From Malacoraja senta (taxonomy: Eukaryota), in assembly GCA_038087875.1 (NCBI GenBank), contig JAXLNO010002694.1, positions 248,001 to 312,000 of the forward strand: 64,000 bases of DNA, written 5' to 3'. Every line of letters begins with the position of its first letter. The first letter of the stretch is position 1. The translations under genes and the position numbers were made by a program. The notes beneath the pieces are model-generated. The model made no database searches and was not told the origin of the DNA. It was given only the letters and a program-made list of their open reading frames with translations. Positions 50,996 through 63,659 of this stretch are shown here, in pieces.

Positions 50996-52649
50996 TCTGA
51001 CCCGCTGAGTAACTGCAGCTTTAATTGTCTATATTGAGTATAGAAGTTGGGATGTTATATTAACAGTTATATAAGACATTGGAGAAGACATACTTGGAGT
51101 TTGGTGTTCACTTTTGGTCACCCTGCTATAGGAAGGATGTCATTAAGTTGTAAAGACCACGGAGAAGATTTATGAGGATGTTGCTCAGACTTGAGGGGCT
51201 GAGCTACATGGAGAGGTTGGACTTTATTCCTTGAACGCAGGAGGTTGAGGGGTGATCTTAAAGAGGGGTACTAGATCATGAGGGGAATAGATGGGGTGAA
51301 TGCACAGGTTCTTTACCCAGAGAATAGGAATCAGGAACCAGAGGTCATAGTTTTCAGGTGAGAGGGGAAATAACTTTCTTTAGTTTAGTTTAGGTTAGAG
51401 ATACAGAGTGGGAACTGACCCTTCGGCCCACTGAGTCCGTGCCGACCAGCAATCAACGTACACTAGCACTATCCTACACACTAGGGGCAATTTACAATTT
51501 GAACCAAAGCCAAATAACCTAAAACCCTGTACGTCTTTGGAATGTGGGAGGAAACCAGAGCTCCCCAAAAAACCCCACACAGTCACAGGGAGAATGTACA
51601 AACTCCATACAGACAGCACCCATAGTGAGGATTGATCCCAGGTCTCTGGCACTGTTAGGCAGCTACTCTACCTCTGCGCCACTGTGCTTGTAGGAATCTG
51701 AGGGGCAACTTTTTCATGCAGAAGGTGATGGCTATATGGAACAAGCTTCCAAAAGATGTATTTGAGGCAGGTACTGTAACAACATTTAAAATACTTTTGG
51801 ACAGGTACACAGATAGGAAAGGTTCAGAGGGACATTGGCCAAATGCAGGAAGGTAGGAATAGTGAAAATGGTGCATGTTGGTCGCCTTGGGCAAGTTGGG
51901 CCAAAGATCCTGTTTCCATGCAGTATAACTCCGAGTACTTCCAAAATGTTCTAATTTATTTTTCAGATTGCAGGGCGAGGGATGATCTTATGGAGTGCAT
52001 AAAATCATGAGGGGAATAGACACGATGCATATACAGTTTTTTACCGAGGGTAGGGGAATCAAAAAGAAGAGGACATATGTTCAAGGTGAGAAGGGATAGA
52101 TTTAATACGGACCTGAGGGCTATCTTTTTCACTCAGATGGTGGTAGTATATAGAACCAGCTGCCGGAGGAGGTAGTTGAGGCAGGCATGATAACTGCATT
52201 TAAAAGATACTTAGTCAGGTACTTGGAGAGGAAGATTTTAACGGGATGTGGGCCAAACGTGGGCAAATGGGACTAACTTAGATGGGGCAGCTTCGGGGAA
52301 TGAAGGAGTTAGCCGAAGGGTCTGTTTCTTTGCTGTATGACTCTAGTAAAGATAGACAGCATAGACAGGGTGGGCCATAGGGCCTGCTCTTATACTATAA
52401 ATCTATGATTATATCTTTCTCAAATTTATGTTGACCTATTTATTACCTGGCACGCATTGACCTAGCTCTCTCCCCTTTTCCATACCCCAGCCCCCATGAC
52501 AATCAGTCTTTACAAGGGTCTCGACCCGAAATGGCACCTGTCCATGGTCTCCAGGTTTGCTGCCTGAGCCGCAGATGGATTCCAGCACTTTGTGTACCTT
52601 TGTCCTCTAGTCTTTCCTAAGTGAGACTAGAGAAATGAAGTCCACTTAC

Positions 52650-52701
52650 CCGAACAGACCCAGGGAAGGCATAGACACAAGGTACCGAGTAGCAGCAACA
52701 T
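52650..52701 (-). CDS. MHC class I exon 1 (leader)
   Basis: MLLLLGTLCLCLPWVCS + G|gtaagt (52 nt, phase 1); splices in frame to E-THSLQY; promoter motifs lie directly upstream. Confidence 0.9.
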
Positions 52702-52831
52702 TCCCCAAAACAAATGCCCCGGGCAGGGCAAGGGGGCAAAGAGACCAAATAAGAATAAACAACAAATGTTTATCCACACATTATAGCGTAGTTTGCATTT
52801 CAGGCATTTCCTCGAATTCAATGCGGAAGCT

Positions 52832-52843
52832 GAGAAAGTGAAT
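52832..52843 (-). promoter_or_regulatory. ISRE / IRF-E-like site
   Basis: GAGAAAGTGAAT on plus (ATTCACTTTCTC on minus), 131-142 nt upstream of the ATG. Confidence 0.55.
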
Positions 52844-52867
52844 GATTAGGCACTCGGATACAAGTGG

Positions 52868-52909
52868 CCAATGAGAGATTTTCACCGGAACTGCTCACCA
52901 GTTACCGGG
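52868..52909 (-). promoter_or_regulatory. MHC X1/X2-Y module
   Basis: Minus strand CCCGGTAACTGG-TGAGCAG, 18-nt spacer, (CTC)ATTGG; resembles MHC X and Y boxes in sequence and spacing. Confidence 0.7.
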
Positions 52910-53310
52910 CAGCCCAGACTCAAACAGTTTAAAAAACAAGAAACCGCACCTTCAACATCAGGCTTAGAGGTTCGACACAAAATGCTGGAGTAACTCAGCG
53001 GGACAGGCCAAGAAGGGTCTCGACCCGAAACATCACCCGTTCCTTCTCTCCAGAGAGGCTGCCTGTCCCGCTGAGTTATACCAGCATTTTGTGTCCAACT
53101 TTGTTTTAATACAGCATATGCAGTTCCTTCCGATGCTGGACATTAGGGGGCACAGGCTTTTCAGTTAACTAGGATGAGAGAGTTATTAGCTGGAAGAAGA
53201 GGCGCGGCAAACCTGGGAAAATGTAGAAACAAGGAACTGCAGACGCTGGTTAATGCACAAAAGGACACAAAGCGCTGGAGAATGATACAGGGATCCTTGT
53301 CACGATTCAC

Positions 53311-56300
53311 GCGAAACACCAAGGAGCAGAAAACGTTAGTGGGAGTTGTGTACAGGCCACCCAACAGTAGTAGTGGAGTTGGGGATGGCATCAAACAGGA
53401 AATTAGAAATGCGTACAACAAAGGTAAAACAGTTATAATGGGTGACTTCAATCTACATATAGATTGGGTGAATCAAATTGGCAGGAGTGCTGAGGAAGAG
53501 GATTTCTTGGAATGTATGCGGGATAGTTTTCTAAACCAACATGTAGAGGAACCAACGAGAGAGCAGACTATTCTAGACTGGGTATTGAGTAAAGAGGAAG
53601 GGTTAGTTAGCAGTCTTGTATTGCGTGGCCCCTTGGGCAAGAGTGACCATAGTATGGTTGAGTTCTTCATTAGGATGGAGAGTGACATAGTTAATTCAGA
53701 AACAAGGGTTATGAACTTAAAGAAAGGTAACTTTGAGGGTATGAGACGTGATTTGGCCAAGATAGACTGGCAATTGATTATTTTAAAAAATTTTAATTTT
53801 TATTTATTAGAAGTACATTACATTACAACCACATACATTAGTACTCGTCATTTATATCTTCTTACAATTAATGTACTCCATTTATTTTTTACACTAGAAA
53901 AGGAAAAGATTGAAAGAAAGAAGAAAGTGAAGGAAAAAGTGAAAGTGTAGAAAATGTGACAACAAAAAAGGACGAAGACCCTATAAGAGCAAAATTAAAA
54001 ACAAAAGAAAAAGAGTTAAGGAATAGACCCTAGAAAAGAAAGAGAAAGAGAAAGAGGAAAAAGAGAGAAACAAATATTTTTATGAGCATTACGTAAATGG
54101 GACATACCAACTCTTCAAATATCATCCCCCCTTTTTTTTAAAGTACTTTTGCACCCTATATTTGTAATAATTCTATAAATGCAGACCACGTCAGGTGGAA
54201 GTGATCTGGTTTACCTGCTAGGAGGAGTCTTATCTCTTCTAGGTGTAATGTTTCAAACATATTTGAAATCCACATATTTATAGTTGGTATTGGAGCCTTC
54301 TTCCAAAATTTTAGAATTAGCTTTTTTCCAGTTATTAACCCATAGTCCATTAGTTTCTTTTGAAACACATTTAGTTCTGGACCATCTTCCGTTATTCCGA
54401 AGATAATCCATTCTGCTTTGGGTATCAGTCTTGTTTTAAATAACTTTGTAAAGATTTCAAAAATTTCATTCCAAAATTTTTGAATTTTTGTACAGAAAAC
54501 GAATGAGTGCGCTATAGTAGCTTCTTGGGATTGACATTTATCACAAATAGATGATACATTTGGGAAAATTGTATGAATTTTAGTTTTCGAATAATATAAT
54601 CTATGTACAATTTTAAATTGTATTAAAGTGTGTCTTACATTAATCGAGCATTTATGCACGTTTAATAAGTGTTCATTCCAACTTTCCTTTGAAATTTTAA
54701 TAGCTAACTCTTGTTCCCAGTCTCTTCTGATACCCTCCGTAGATGGTATTTGTACATTTAAGATAATATTATACAAATATGATATTAAGTTTGCTGATTC
54801 AGCTTTTATCTGCATTGCCTCGTCCAATACATCTACTGGGTTATTATAATGATCTTTTGTATATTTTTTCAAATAGTCGCATATTTGAAAATATTTAAAA
54901 TATTGATTATTTCCGAGTTTATATTTTATTTGTAATTGTTGAAATGAAAGTAATTTTCCAGTTTCATACAAGTCACCAAACGTTTTAATTCCTAGTCTAT
55001 CCCAATGTGTAAAAGCTTTATCTATAATAGAGGGATTAAACGAAGGGTTATTAACTATAGGTAATAAAAGTGATAAATTTCTTAATTTTAAATTTTGTTT
55101 TATTTGTTTCCAAATTCGGATTGTACTATGAATAATTGGGTTCTTATTATAATTTATGTTATTCAATTTCATTGGAGAAAGGAGGATCGCTCCAATGTTT
55201 CTAGAGGAGCAATCCTCTTTCTCCATTACAATCCAGTCCACTTGCTGGGCGGAGTTATCCATCAGTTGAATCATATTTTTAATATTTACTGACCAATAAT
55301 AACACATAAAATTAGGTAGTGCTAAACCCCCTAATACTTTAGGTTTATTCAGATGAGTTTTTTGTATTCTATGTGATTTATAGTCCCATATAAAATTAGT
55401 GATATCTGAGTCGAGTTTTTTAAAAAACGTCTTTGGTAAGTATATAGGAATCGATTGAAATAGGTATAAAATTTGTGGTAGAAAGATCATTTTTATTGCG
55501 TTTATTCGGCCTATTAAAGACATCGGGAGCATTTTCCAGAATTTAATTAGTGTGTTTAATTTATTAAGTAGGGGGTCAAAATTTGCCCTAAACATACCTT
55601 GATATGTTCTGGTAATTTCGATTCCTAAGTATTTAAATTTTTCTGTAGCTATTTTAAAAGGGAATTTTAAAAGATGTGTTGACTCTTTCGGTTTTATTGA
55701 CATAATTTCACTTTTATTCCAATTCATTCTATATCCAGAAAAAGATCCAAAGTCTTCAATTAAATTTAATATATTTGGTATAGTGATTTGAGGTTTTGTA
55801 ATGTACAGTAATATATCATCCGCGTATAAAGATATTTTATTATATGTCTTTAGTATTATATCCATGGATATCAGGGTGTATTCTAATTTTTTCTGCTAGC
55901 GGTTCAATAATGAGAGCAAACAGCTGTGGTGATAATGAGCATCCTTGTCTATTTCCCCTTGATAGTTGGAATTTCGAGGATAATATGTTATTAGTTAGTA
56001 TTCTAGCTGTAGGTTTGTTATATAGTAACTTGATCCATAGAATAAAATTCTCCCCCAGTTGAAATTTTTGTAATACTTTGTCCATATAATTCCATTCTAC
56101 TTGATCAAATGCTTTTTCAGCATCCAGCGAAATAATTGATAATTCTTGATCTTCAGATTTGTGTGAGTGCATTATGTTGAGTAGACGTCTCATATTGTTA
56201 GATGAGTATCTCTTAGGGATAAACCCCGTCTGATCTGGGTTTATTAATTTACTAATATATTTACTTAATCTTCTAGCTAATGTTTTCGCTAATATTTTTT

Positions 56301-59300
56301 GATCTGTGTTTAACAATGCTATAGCTCTATATGAACCAGGTTCTTCTAAATCTTTGTTTTTCTTAGGTATTAGAGTAATCGTTGATTCCGCTAATGTATC
56401 AGGTAGTATTCGTTTTTTAAAAGCATATTGGTACATTTTTTGTAATCTTGGTATTATTTTATCATAAAAGCTTTTATAAAATTCATTAGTAAATTCGTCA
56501 GGGCCTGGTGTTTTTCCATTCTTTAGTGAGTTTATTGTATCTTCTAATTCCTTAATTGAGATTTGTGCACCCAGTTCCTCTTGTTCCTTCAGCTCTAACT
56601 TTGGAAGGTTACAGGTATCCAAAAACTTTGTGATATTATTGGAATCAATTGTCGTTTTAGATGTATACAAATTCTCATAAAATTGCGCAAATCTTTTATT
56701 AATATCCTTCGGTGTTGTTAATAATTCCCCTTTATCTGATTTGATCTTTGGTATAGTATGTTCCTTTTCTCATTTTTTTAGCTGGCGAGCCAAAAGTTTA
56801 TGCGGTTTATCCCCAAATTCAAAGTGCTCTTGTTTTGTAATTTGAAACACGGCTCGAGTGGTTGAAGACATGGCGAAAATGAGGCAAGAACATGAGCAAA
56901 TGAGGCGAGAAAATGAACAAACTTCACTACAGATGGTGACTCAACTGGAGAAAGTCTCAGACAAATGCCTGGACCTGGAAGCTCGCTCTAGACGCCAGAA
57001 TTTGAGAATTCTTGGAGTCTCAGAGGGAGCCGAGGGGGAGGATGTACGTGAGTTTGCCATGGGCTTGTTTAAACAACTGCTGAATCTGTCCAAAGAACTG
57101 AAAATCGAAGTGGCTCATCGTGTCCCAAGATTTAAACAAAGATCTGGTGCGGGAAAAACTTATCCACGACATATTATTGTGAAATTTCGGGATATTTTAG
57201 AACTGGAAGATGTTATGAGCAAAATCAAATACGGTGTGCAACTGCGGCTGGACAATGACACTATTAAGATATTCAGGGACTATCCGTATGAAATTGTGCA
57301 AAAAAGAAACAAATTCGAGAAGGTTAAGGATCTTTTAAGAGGGAGAGAAGGGATCAGATATGGGATTTTCTACCCCGCGAAAATGCGTATTTCCTTTAAG
57401 GGTCTTGAAAAGACATTTGTTAAGCCTGAAGATGCGTTTAAATATGCCCAAACCATCGTTGAAAAATAGAAATGAAAGGGAGGTTTGGCAGATCTGAACC
57501 ATTCTAAGCAATGCTTTGTCTGGGGATAGTTAGACTGTTATCTTTGGAATGTTGAATCAAGGACACTTTCTGTTCAAAACGAGTAAACAGCTGAACAGAT
57601 GAGAATGGTATATACCAGAAGCATATACTTGCTTATTAGATTATAATATTATAACCAATTGTAAGAACTTATCCTATTAACAACTTAATAAGTTATGCAT
57701 GTTAGATTAGAATACTAACAAAAACAACAACAAAAAAATACTGAACTAACATACTAACATGAATTTTTAATAAATTGAAACCTTATCTATAAGTGGGAGG
57801 AGGGGATGAGAAACGAGCACCTGGCTTAGGCCCAGGGGCACGTCTCGTTAACCCCTTCAACCAACAGTTGATTCTTATAGAAGTCAAAAATATCGGTTTA
57901 ATAATTAGTAGTTAAAATTCCGATATATAAATATATATGTTATAATGAAATATACAGGGTAAAATTGTATTATATATCTGAATGTGAGGCCCCATTTTAA
58001 TATTTTAATATGTTATGATTAACCAAGAGAGCGGAGCTATTTGTGTAACAACGCAATGGAAGTCAAAACAAGGTTTCTTCCCACCAACAGGTGGGACACT
58101 CGCTACAGTGCCGATTATATCAGACACTGTATTTTCACTTTTTTTTTTTTTTTTTATCACATAAAATCACATGTTTGTGTTTTGTGTTTAGTGATAAGCA
58201 TAAAATGGACATACCAACAAAACTTAAAAACTCAAAAGCTCCCCCAATACCCAAAGACCTGGGATATGGATGCACCACAAGATTTAAAGGTACTATAATT
58301 ATTCAAAATGCATGACACCAAACAAAAGAACCTAGGAGGAATCTCATTTTGTAGTTGGAATATAAGAGGTATTAACGAACCTATTAAAAGGGGTAAGATA
58401 CTAGCTCAGCTGAAACTGTACAACTCCGACATTACCTTCCTACAAGAAACACACCTAAAATCTCAGGATCAAGTTAGGTTGAGGGCGAAATGGATAGGTC
58501 AAACATACCATTCTTCATTTACTTCAAAATCTAGAGGCACGTCAATCATCATAAGAAAAGGTATACCATTTAAAGCAAAGAATATCATAACAGATATGGA
58601 AGGGAGATACCTAATAGTTAATGGAGAAATCCATGATACTCCACTTACCTTGGTAAATATATATGCCCCTAACTTTGATAACCCCCACTTTTTCAATAAA
58701 ATTTTCAACATAATTGCAGAGTCTAACTATCAAAATGTTATAATAGGAGGAGACTTTAACTGTGTTTTAGATCCGTACTTAGATAAATCAAGTCACAAAC
58801 AGAGTGGGAATATGAAATCGAAAACCGCGGAACTTCTCAATACCTATATAAACAACACTAATATAGCAGATGTTTGGAGAATTCTTAATCCAACTGGCAG
58901 GGAATACTCATTTTATTCAATGGTACATAAGACATACTCACGTATAGACTACTTTCTGCTGGATACAAAATTAATCCCCCAAACATCTAACGCAATATAC
59001 CACACAAATTCGATTTCAGACCATTCTCCACTAACTTTCTTTTTAAAACTAGAAGGATTGTCTAAGAATAAATCGTTTTGGAGATTTAATTCTCAAATTC
59101 TAAAAGATCCACAAGCGAGTATATATTTAAAAGAACAAATGGAGGTCTTTTTTCAAATAAATGATACTCCAGATATATCGCCTACTGTATTATGGGAATC
59201 TTTTAAAGCATACATTAGGGGTATTATAATTTCATATCAAGCTTTTCAAAATAAAAAGAATAAGAATGAACAAAGACAGTTAGAAGAACTTATTAGACAA

Positions 59301-61535
59301 ATGGATATAGATAATGCTAAAGATCCATCAATAGTTAAACATAATAAAATAATAATTTTGAAATTTAAATTAAATAAATTATTATCTGCCAATCTTATAA
59401 GGCAATTGATTCTTAAAGTGTTGACGGTGGATATGCAATGGAAGGCATTTAAAGACTGCATGGATGAACTACAACAATTGTTCATCCCAGTTTGGCAAAA
59501 GAATGAATCAGGGAAGGTAGTGCATCCGTGGATAACAAGGGAAATCAGGGATTGTATCAAACTACAAGATGAAGCATACAAATTAGCCAGAAAAAGCAGC
59601 CTACCAGAGGACTGGGAGAAATTCAGAATCCAGGAGGACAAAGGGCTTAATTAGGAAAGGGAAAATAGATTATGAAAGAAAACTGGAAGGGAACATAAAA
59701 ACTGACTGCAAAGGTTTTTATAGATATGTGAAGAGAAAAAGATTAGTTAAAATAATTGTAGGTCCCTTGCAGTCAGAAACAGGTGAATTGATCATGGGGA
59801 ACAAGGACATGGCAGACCAATTGAATAACTACTTTGGTTCTGTCTTCACTAAGGAAGACATAAATAATCTGCCGGAAATAGCGGGAGAACGGGGGTCAAA
59901 TGAGATGGAGCAACTGAGTGAAATCCAGGTTTGTCGGGAAGTGGTATTAGGTAAATTGAATGGATTAAAGGCCGATAAATCCCCAGGGCCAGATAGGCTG
60001 CATCCCAGAGTACTTAAGGAAGTAGCCCCAGAAATAGTGGATGCATTAGTGATAATTTTTCAAAACTCTTTCGATTCTGGAGTAGTGCCTGAGGATTGGA
60101 GGGTAGCTAATGTAACCCCACTTTATAAAAAGAGTGGGAGAGAGAAAACGGGGAATTACAGTCCAGTTAGTCTAACATCGGTAGTGGAGAAAATGCTAGA
60201 GTCAGTTATTAAAGATGGGATAGCAGCACATTTGGAAAGCGGTGAAATCATTGGACAAAGTCAGCATGGATTTATGAAAGGGAAATCATGTCTGACGAAT
60301 CTTATAGAATTTTTCGAGGATGTAACTAGTATGGATAAGGGAGAACCAGTGGGTGTGTTATATCTGGACTTTCAGAAGGCGTTCGACAAGGTCCCACATA
60401 AGAGATTAGTATGCAAACTTAAAGCACATGGTATTGGGGGTTCAGTATTGATGTGGATAGAGAACTGGCTGGCAGACAGGAAGCAAAGAGTAGGAGTAAA
60501 CGGGTCCTTTTCAGAATGGCAGGCAGTGACTAGTGGGGTACCGCAAGGCTCAGTGCTGGGACCCCAGCTATTTACAATATATATTAATGATTTGGACGAG
60601 GGAATTGAATGCAACATCTCCAAGTTTGCGGATGACACGAAGCTGGGGGGCAGTGTTAGCTGTGAAGAGGATGCTAGGAGGCTGCAAGGTGATTTGGATA
60701 GGTTGGGTGAGTGGGCAAATGCATGGCAGATGCAGTATAATGTGGATAAATGTGAGGTTATCCACTTTGGTGGCAAGAACAGGAAAGTAGACTATTATCT
60801 GAATGGTGGCCGATTAGGAAAAGGGGAGATGCAACGAGACCTGGGTGTCATGGTACACCAGTCATTGAAAGTAGGCATGCAGGAGCAGCAGGCAGTGAAG
60901 AAAGTGAATGGTATGTTAGCATTCATAGCAAAAGTATTTGAGTATAGGAGCAGGGAGGTTCTACTGCAGTTGTACAGGGCCTTGGTGAGACCACACCTGG
61001 AGTATTGTGTACAGTTTTGGTCTCGTAATCTGAGGAAAGACATTCTTGCCATAGAGGGAGTACAGAGAAGGTTCACCAGACTGATTCCTGGGATGGCAGG
61101 ACTTTCATATGAAGAAAGACTGGATAGACTCGGCTTGTACTCACTAGAATTTAGATGATTGAGGGGGGATCTTATAGAAACTTGTTCCCGATGTTGGAGA
61201 AGTCCAGAACAAGGGGTCACAGTTTAAGGATAAGGGGGAAGTCTTTTAGGACCGAGATGAGAAAAACATTTTTCACACAGAGAGTGGTGAATCTGTGGAA
61301 TTATCTGCCACAGAAGGTAGTTGAGGCCAGTTCATTGGCTATATTTAAGAGGGAGTTAGATGTGGCCCTTGTGTCCAAAGTGATCAGGGGGTATGGAGAG
61401 AAGGCAGGTACAGGATACTGAGTTGGATGATGAGCCATGATCATATTGAATGGCGGTACAGGCTCGAAGGGCCGAATGGCATACTCCTGCACCAATTTTC
61501 TATTTTTCTATGTTTCTATGTTCCTATGTTTCTAT
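53311..61535 (+). mobile_element. CR1 LINE split by an L1 insertion (CR1 parts 53311-53779 and 59401-61535)
   Basis: EN half (LVGVVYRPP, MGDFN, SDH) ends ...gactggcaattgatt and resumes ggcaattgattcttaaag; RT ORF 59728-61158; 3' UTR and CTATGTTT tail. Confidence 0.93.
53780..59400. mobile_element. L1/Tx1-clade LINE with 5' inversion (minus segment 53780-~56848; inverted plus segment ~56855-59400)
   Basis: Plus: ORF1 C-terminal part (LEARSRRQNLRI, 56858-57469) and ORF2 APE endonuclease (SWNIRG, LQETH, GGDFN, SRID, SDH; 58308-59400). Minus: rest of ORF2 (KTPGPD, LDAEKAFD, RQGCSLSP, LYADD, CDKC..HSFVFC) and an A-rich tail. 11-bp TSD GGCAATTGATT. Confidence 0.93.
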
Positions 61536-61629
61536 GATTTATCCCGAACTGCTCTGCAGCAGAGGATAGGCTCAAAAAGCCAGAATAACTCAGCGTGTCA
61601 GACACACGGCCGGATTTAGATGAAGAGAG

Positions 61630-63165
61630 GCCCTAAGCTATTTCACTTGTGAGAACCCCCCTCCCAAAGGGGTCCCCCATGATCTTGTTGGCCCTGGATT
61701 TGCACCTTCTGATGTATAGTTCCTGCAGGGGGGCGAGTGAAGTTCCCATAGTGCGTTCGGCCGAAAGCATTACTCTCTGCAGAGCCTTCTTGTCCTGGGC
61801 AGAGCAGTTCCCAAACCAAATTGTCATGTTTCCGGACAAGATGCTTTCCACGCCGCTGAGTAGAAGCGCTGGAGGATCATCAGAGACACTCTGAATTTCC
61901 TCAATTGCCTGAGGTGGCCTTACTCACCACTGCAGCAGCGTGTGATGTCCATGTCAGATCCTCTGAGATTTGGACTCCAAGGTATTTAAAGCAGCTCACC
62001 CCATCCACAGTATCCCCATTTATCTTCAATGGTGTGTACGTCCTCGGATGTTGTGCCCTCCTAAAGTCCACGATCAGCTCCTTAGTTTTTTTGACATTCA
62101 AGAGGAGGCTGTTGTCTTGACACCTGAGTGCCAGATCAGCCACCTCCTCCCAGTAGGCCTTCTCATCGTTATTGGAGATCAGGCCCACCACCACAGTGTC
62201 ATCAGCAAACTTGATTATAGAGTTGGAGCTGAACCTACCCACACAGTCATGTGTGTACAGGGAGTACAGTAGGGGGCTGAGGATGCAACCCTGGGGGGGT
62301 CCTATGGTAAGGGTGAGGGACTTCGATGTATTTCCTCCCATCTTGACTACCTGGGGCCTGGCGGTGAGAAAGTCCAGGACCCAGGCACACAGGGGGGTGT
62401 TGAGCCCCAATTCCAGCAGCTTCTCAGCAAGTCTGGTGGGGACTATCGTGTTGAAGGCTGAACTGGTCTATGAACAGCATCCTCACATAGCCCGCCTTCT
62501 GGCTCTCAACGTGAGAGAGAGAGGTGTGCAGAACCTGGGAGACCGCATCGTCCGTGGATCTGTTTGGACGGTATGCGAATTGTAGCGGGTCCATGTTGCG
62601 AGGGACGAAGGCGCAGATGTGTTTCTTGACCAGCCTCTCAAAGCATTTCATGACTACCGAGGTGAGGGCCACCGGACAGTAGTCATTCAGACAAGCTGGA
62701 GAGGCATTTTTTAGTACAGGTACAATGATGGATCTTTTGAAGCAGGCAGGGACCACGGACTTGGCCAGGGAGAGGTTGAATATTGTAGTGAGCACCGGAG
62801 CTAGCTGCGTAGCACAAGACTTAAGTACTGGCCCCGAGATGCCATCTGGGCCTACAGCTTTCCTCGTGTTTACCCGTGTCAGGGCCCTTCTCAAATCATG
62901 CCCGGACAACGAGAATGTGTACCCATTCTCAGCGATGGACCTCCCTTCAGCTTTGTTAGCCAGCACGCTGGCGGTGTTGTCGTTAGCCGGCAAACCTGGG
63001 GTGATGTTGCCCGACTCGAAGCGAGCATAGAAGGAGTTCAGGTCATCAGCTAGGGAGGTGCCAGCCCTTCCGGTTGAGGGGGTGCTGCTCCGGTAGTTGG
63101 TTACAGTCCTTGGCCCCTGCCACAGGCGTCTGGTGTCCTGCTGCTCCATCTGTGACTCCATCTGA
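61630..63165 (-). mobile_element. Rex1/Babar-type LINE RT fragment
   Basis: [55 protein letters not shown]. Confidence 0.9.
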
Positions 63166-63659
63166 GGACCATGACTACCCGACAGTGACAGTGTGACACT
63201 TTTAGATCCTACTGTATGTTGTCATTAAACAATTGGTTTAAAAATACATATTGGATTCATCGCAGAGCGGGCGATGCCTTACCTGGATCCCCGTTTGAAG
63301 CTCTGGAGTGCTGGGCCTGCTGCTTCAACATCATGGAGCTGTGGTTTGCGGAGCTCCCAGCCTCGGGCCGCGCTGATTTCAATATCGCGGGGCCCTGTGA
63401 TCCCTTTGCCGAGGGCCGCCAGCGTGAATCTCCGCCCAGCTCAGCCTATGGACTTCGGGAGCCGCGGTCTCCGGTAGGAAGTGGCCGATTCGGAAGTCCA
63501 AGCCGCTGAGAATGTTCTCCCGTTCCGACGTCGGACGTTGACTCCCAAATTTCATTGTACCAATGGCCATGAGGGGGGGGTCCAAGAGGAGGGGGCCGTT
63601 GGAGACGGGAAAAGGGATCATCAATGGGGGCGAGGACTCCAACGCATGGAGAATGGTGT

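Noticed and set aside
53174-53950. 258-aa plus-strand ORF
   Set aside because: A mosaic of Penelope repeat, CR1 endonuclease fragment and the antisense L1 tail; not a host gene.
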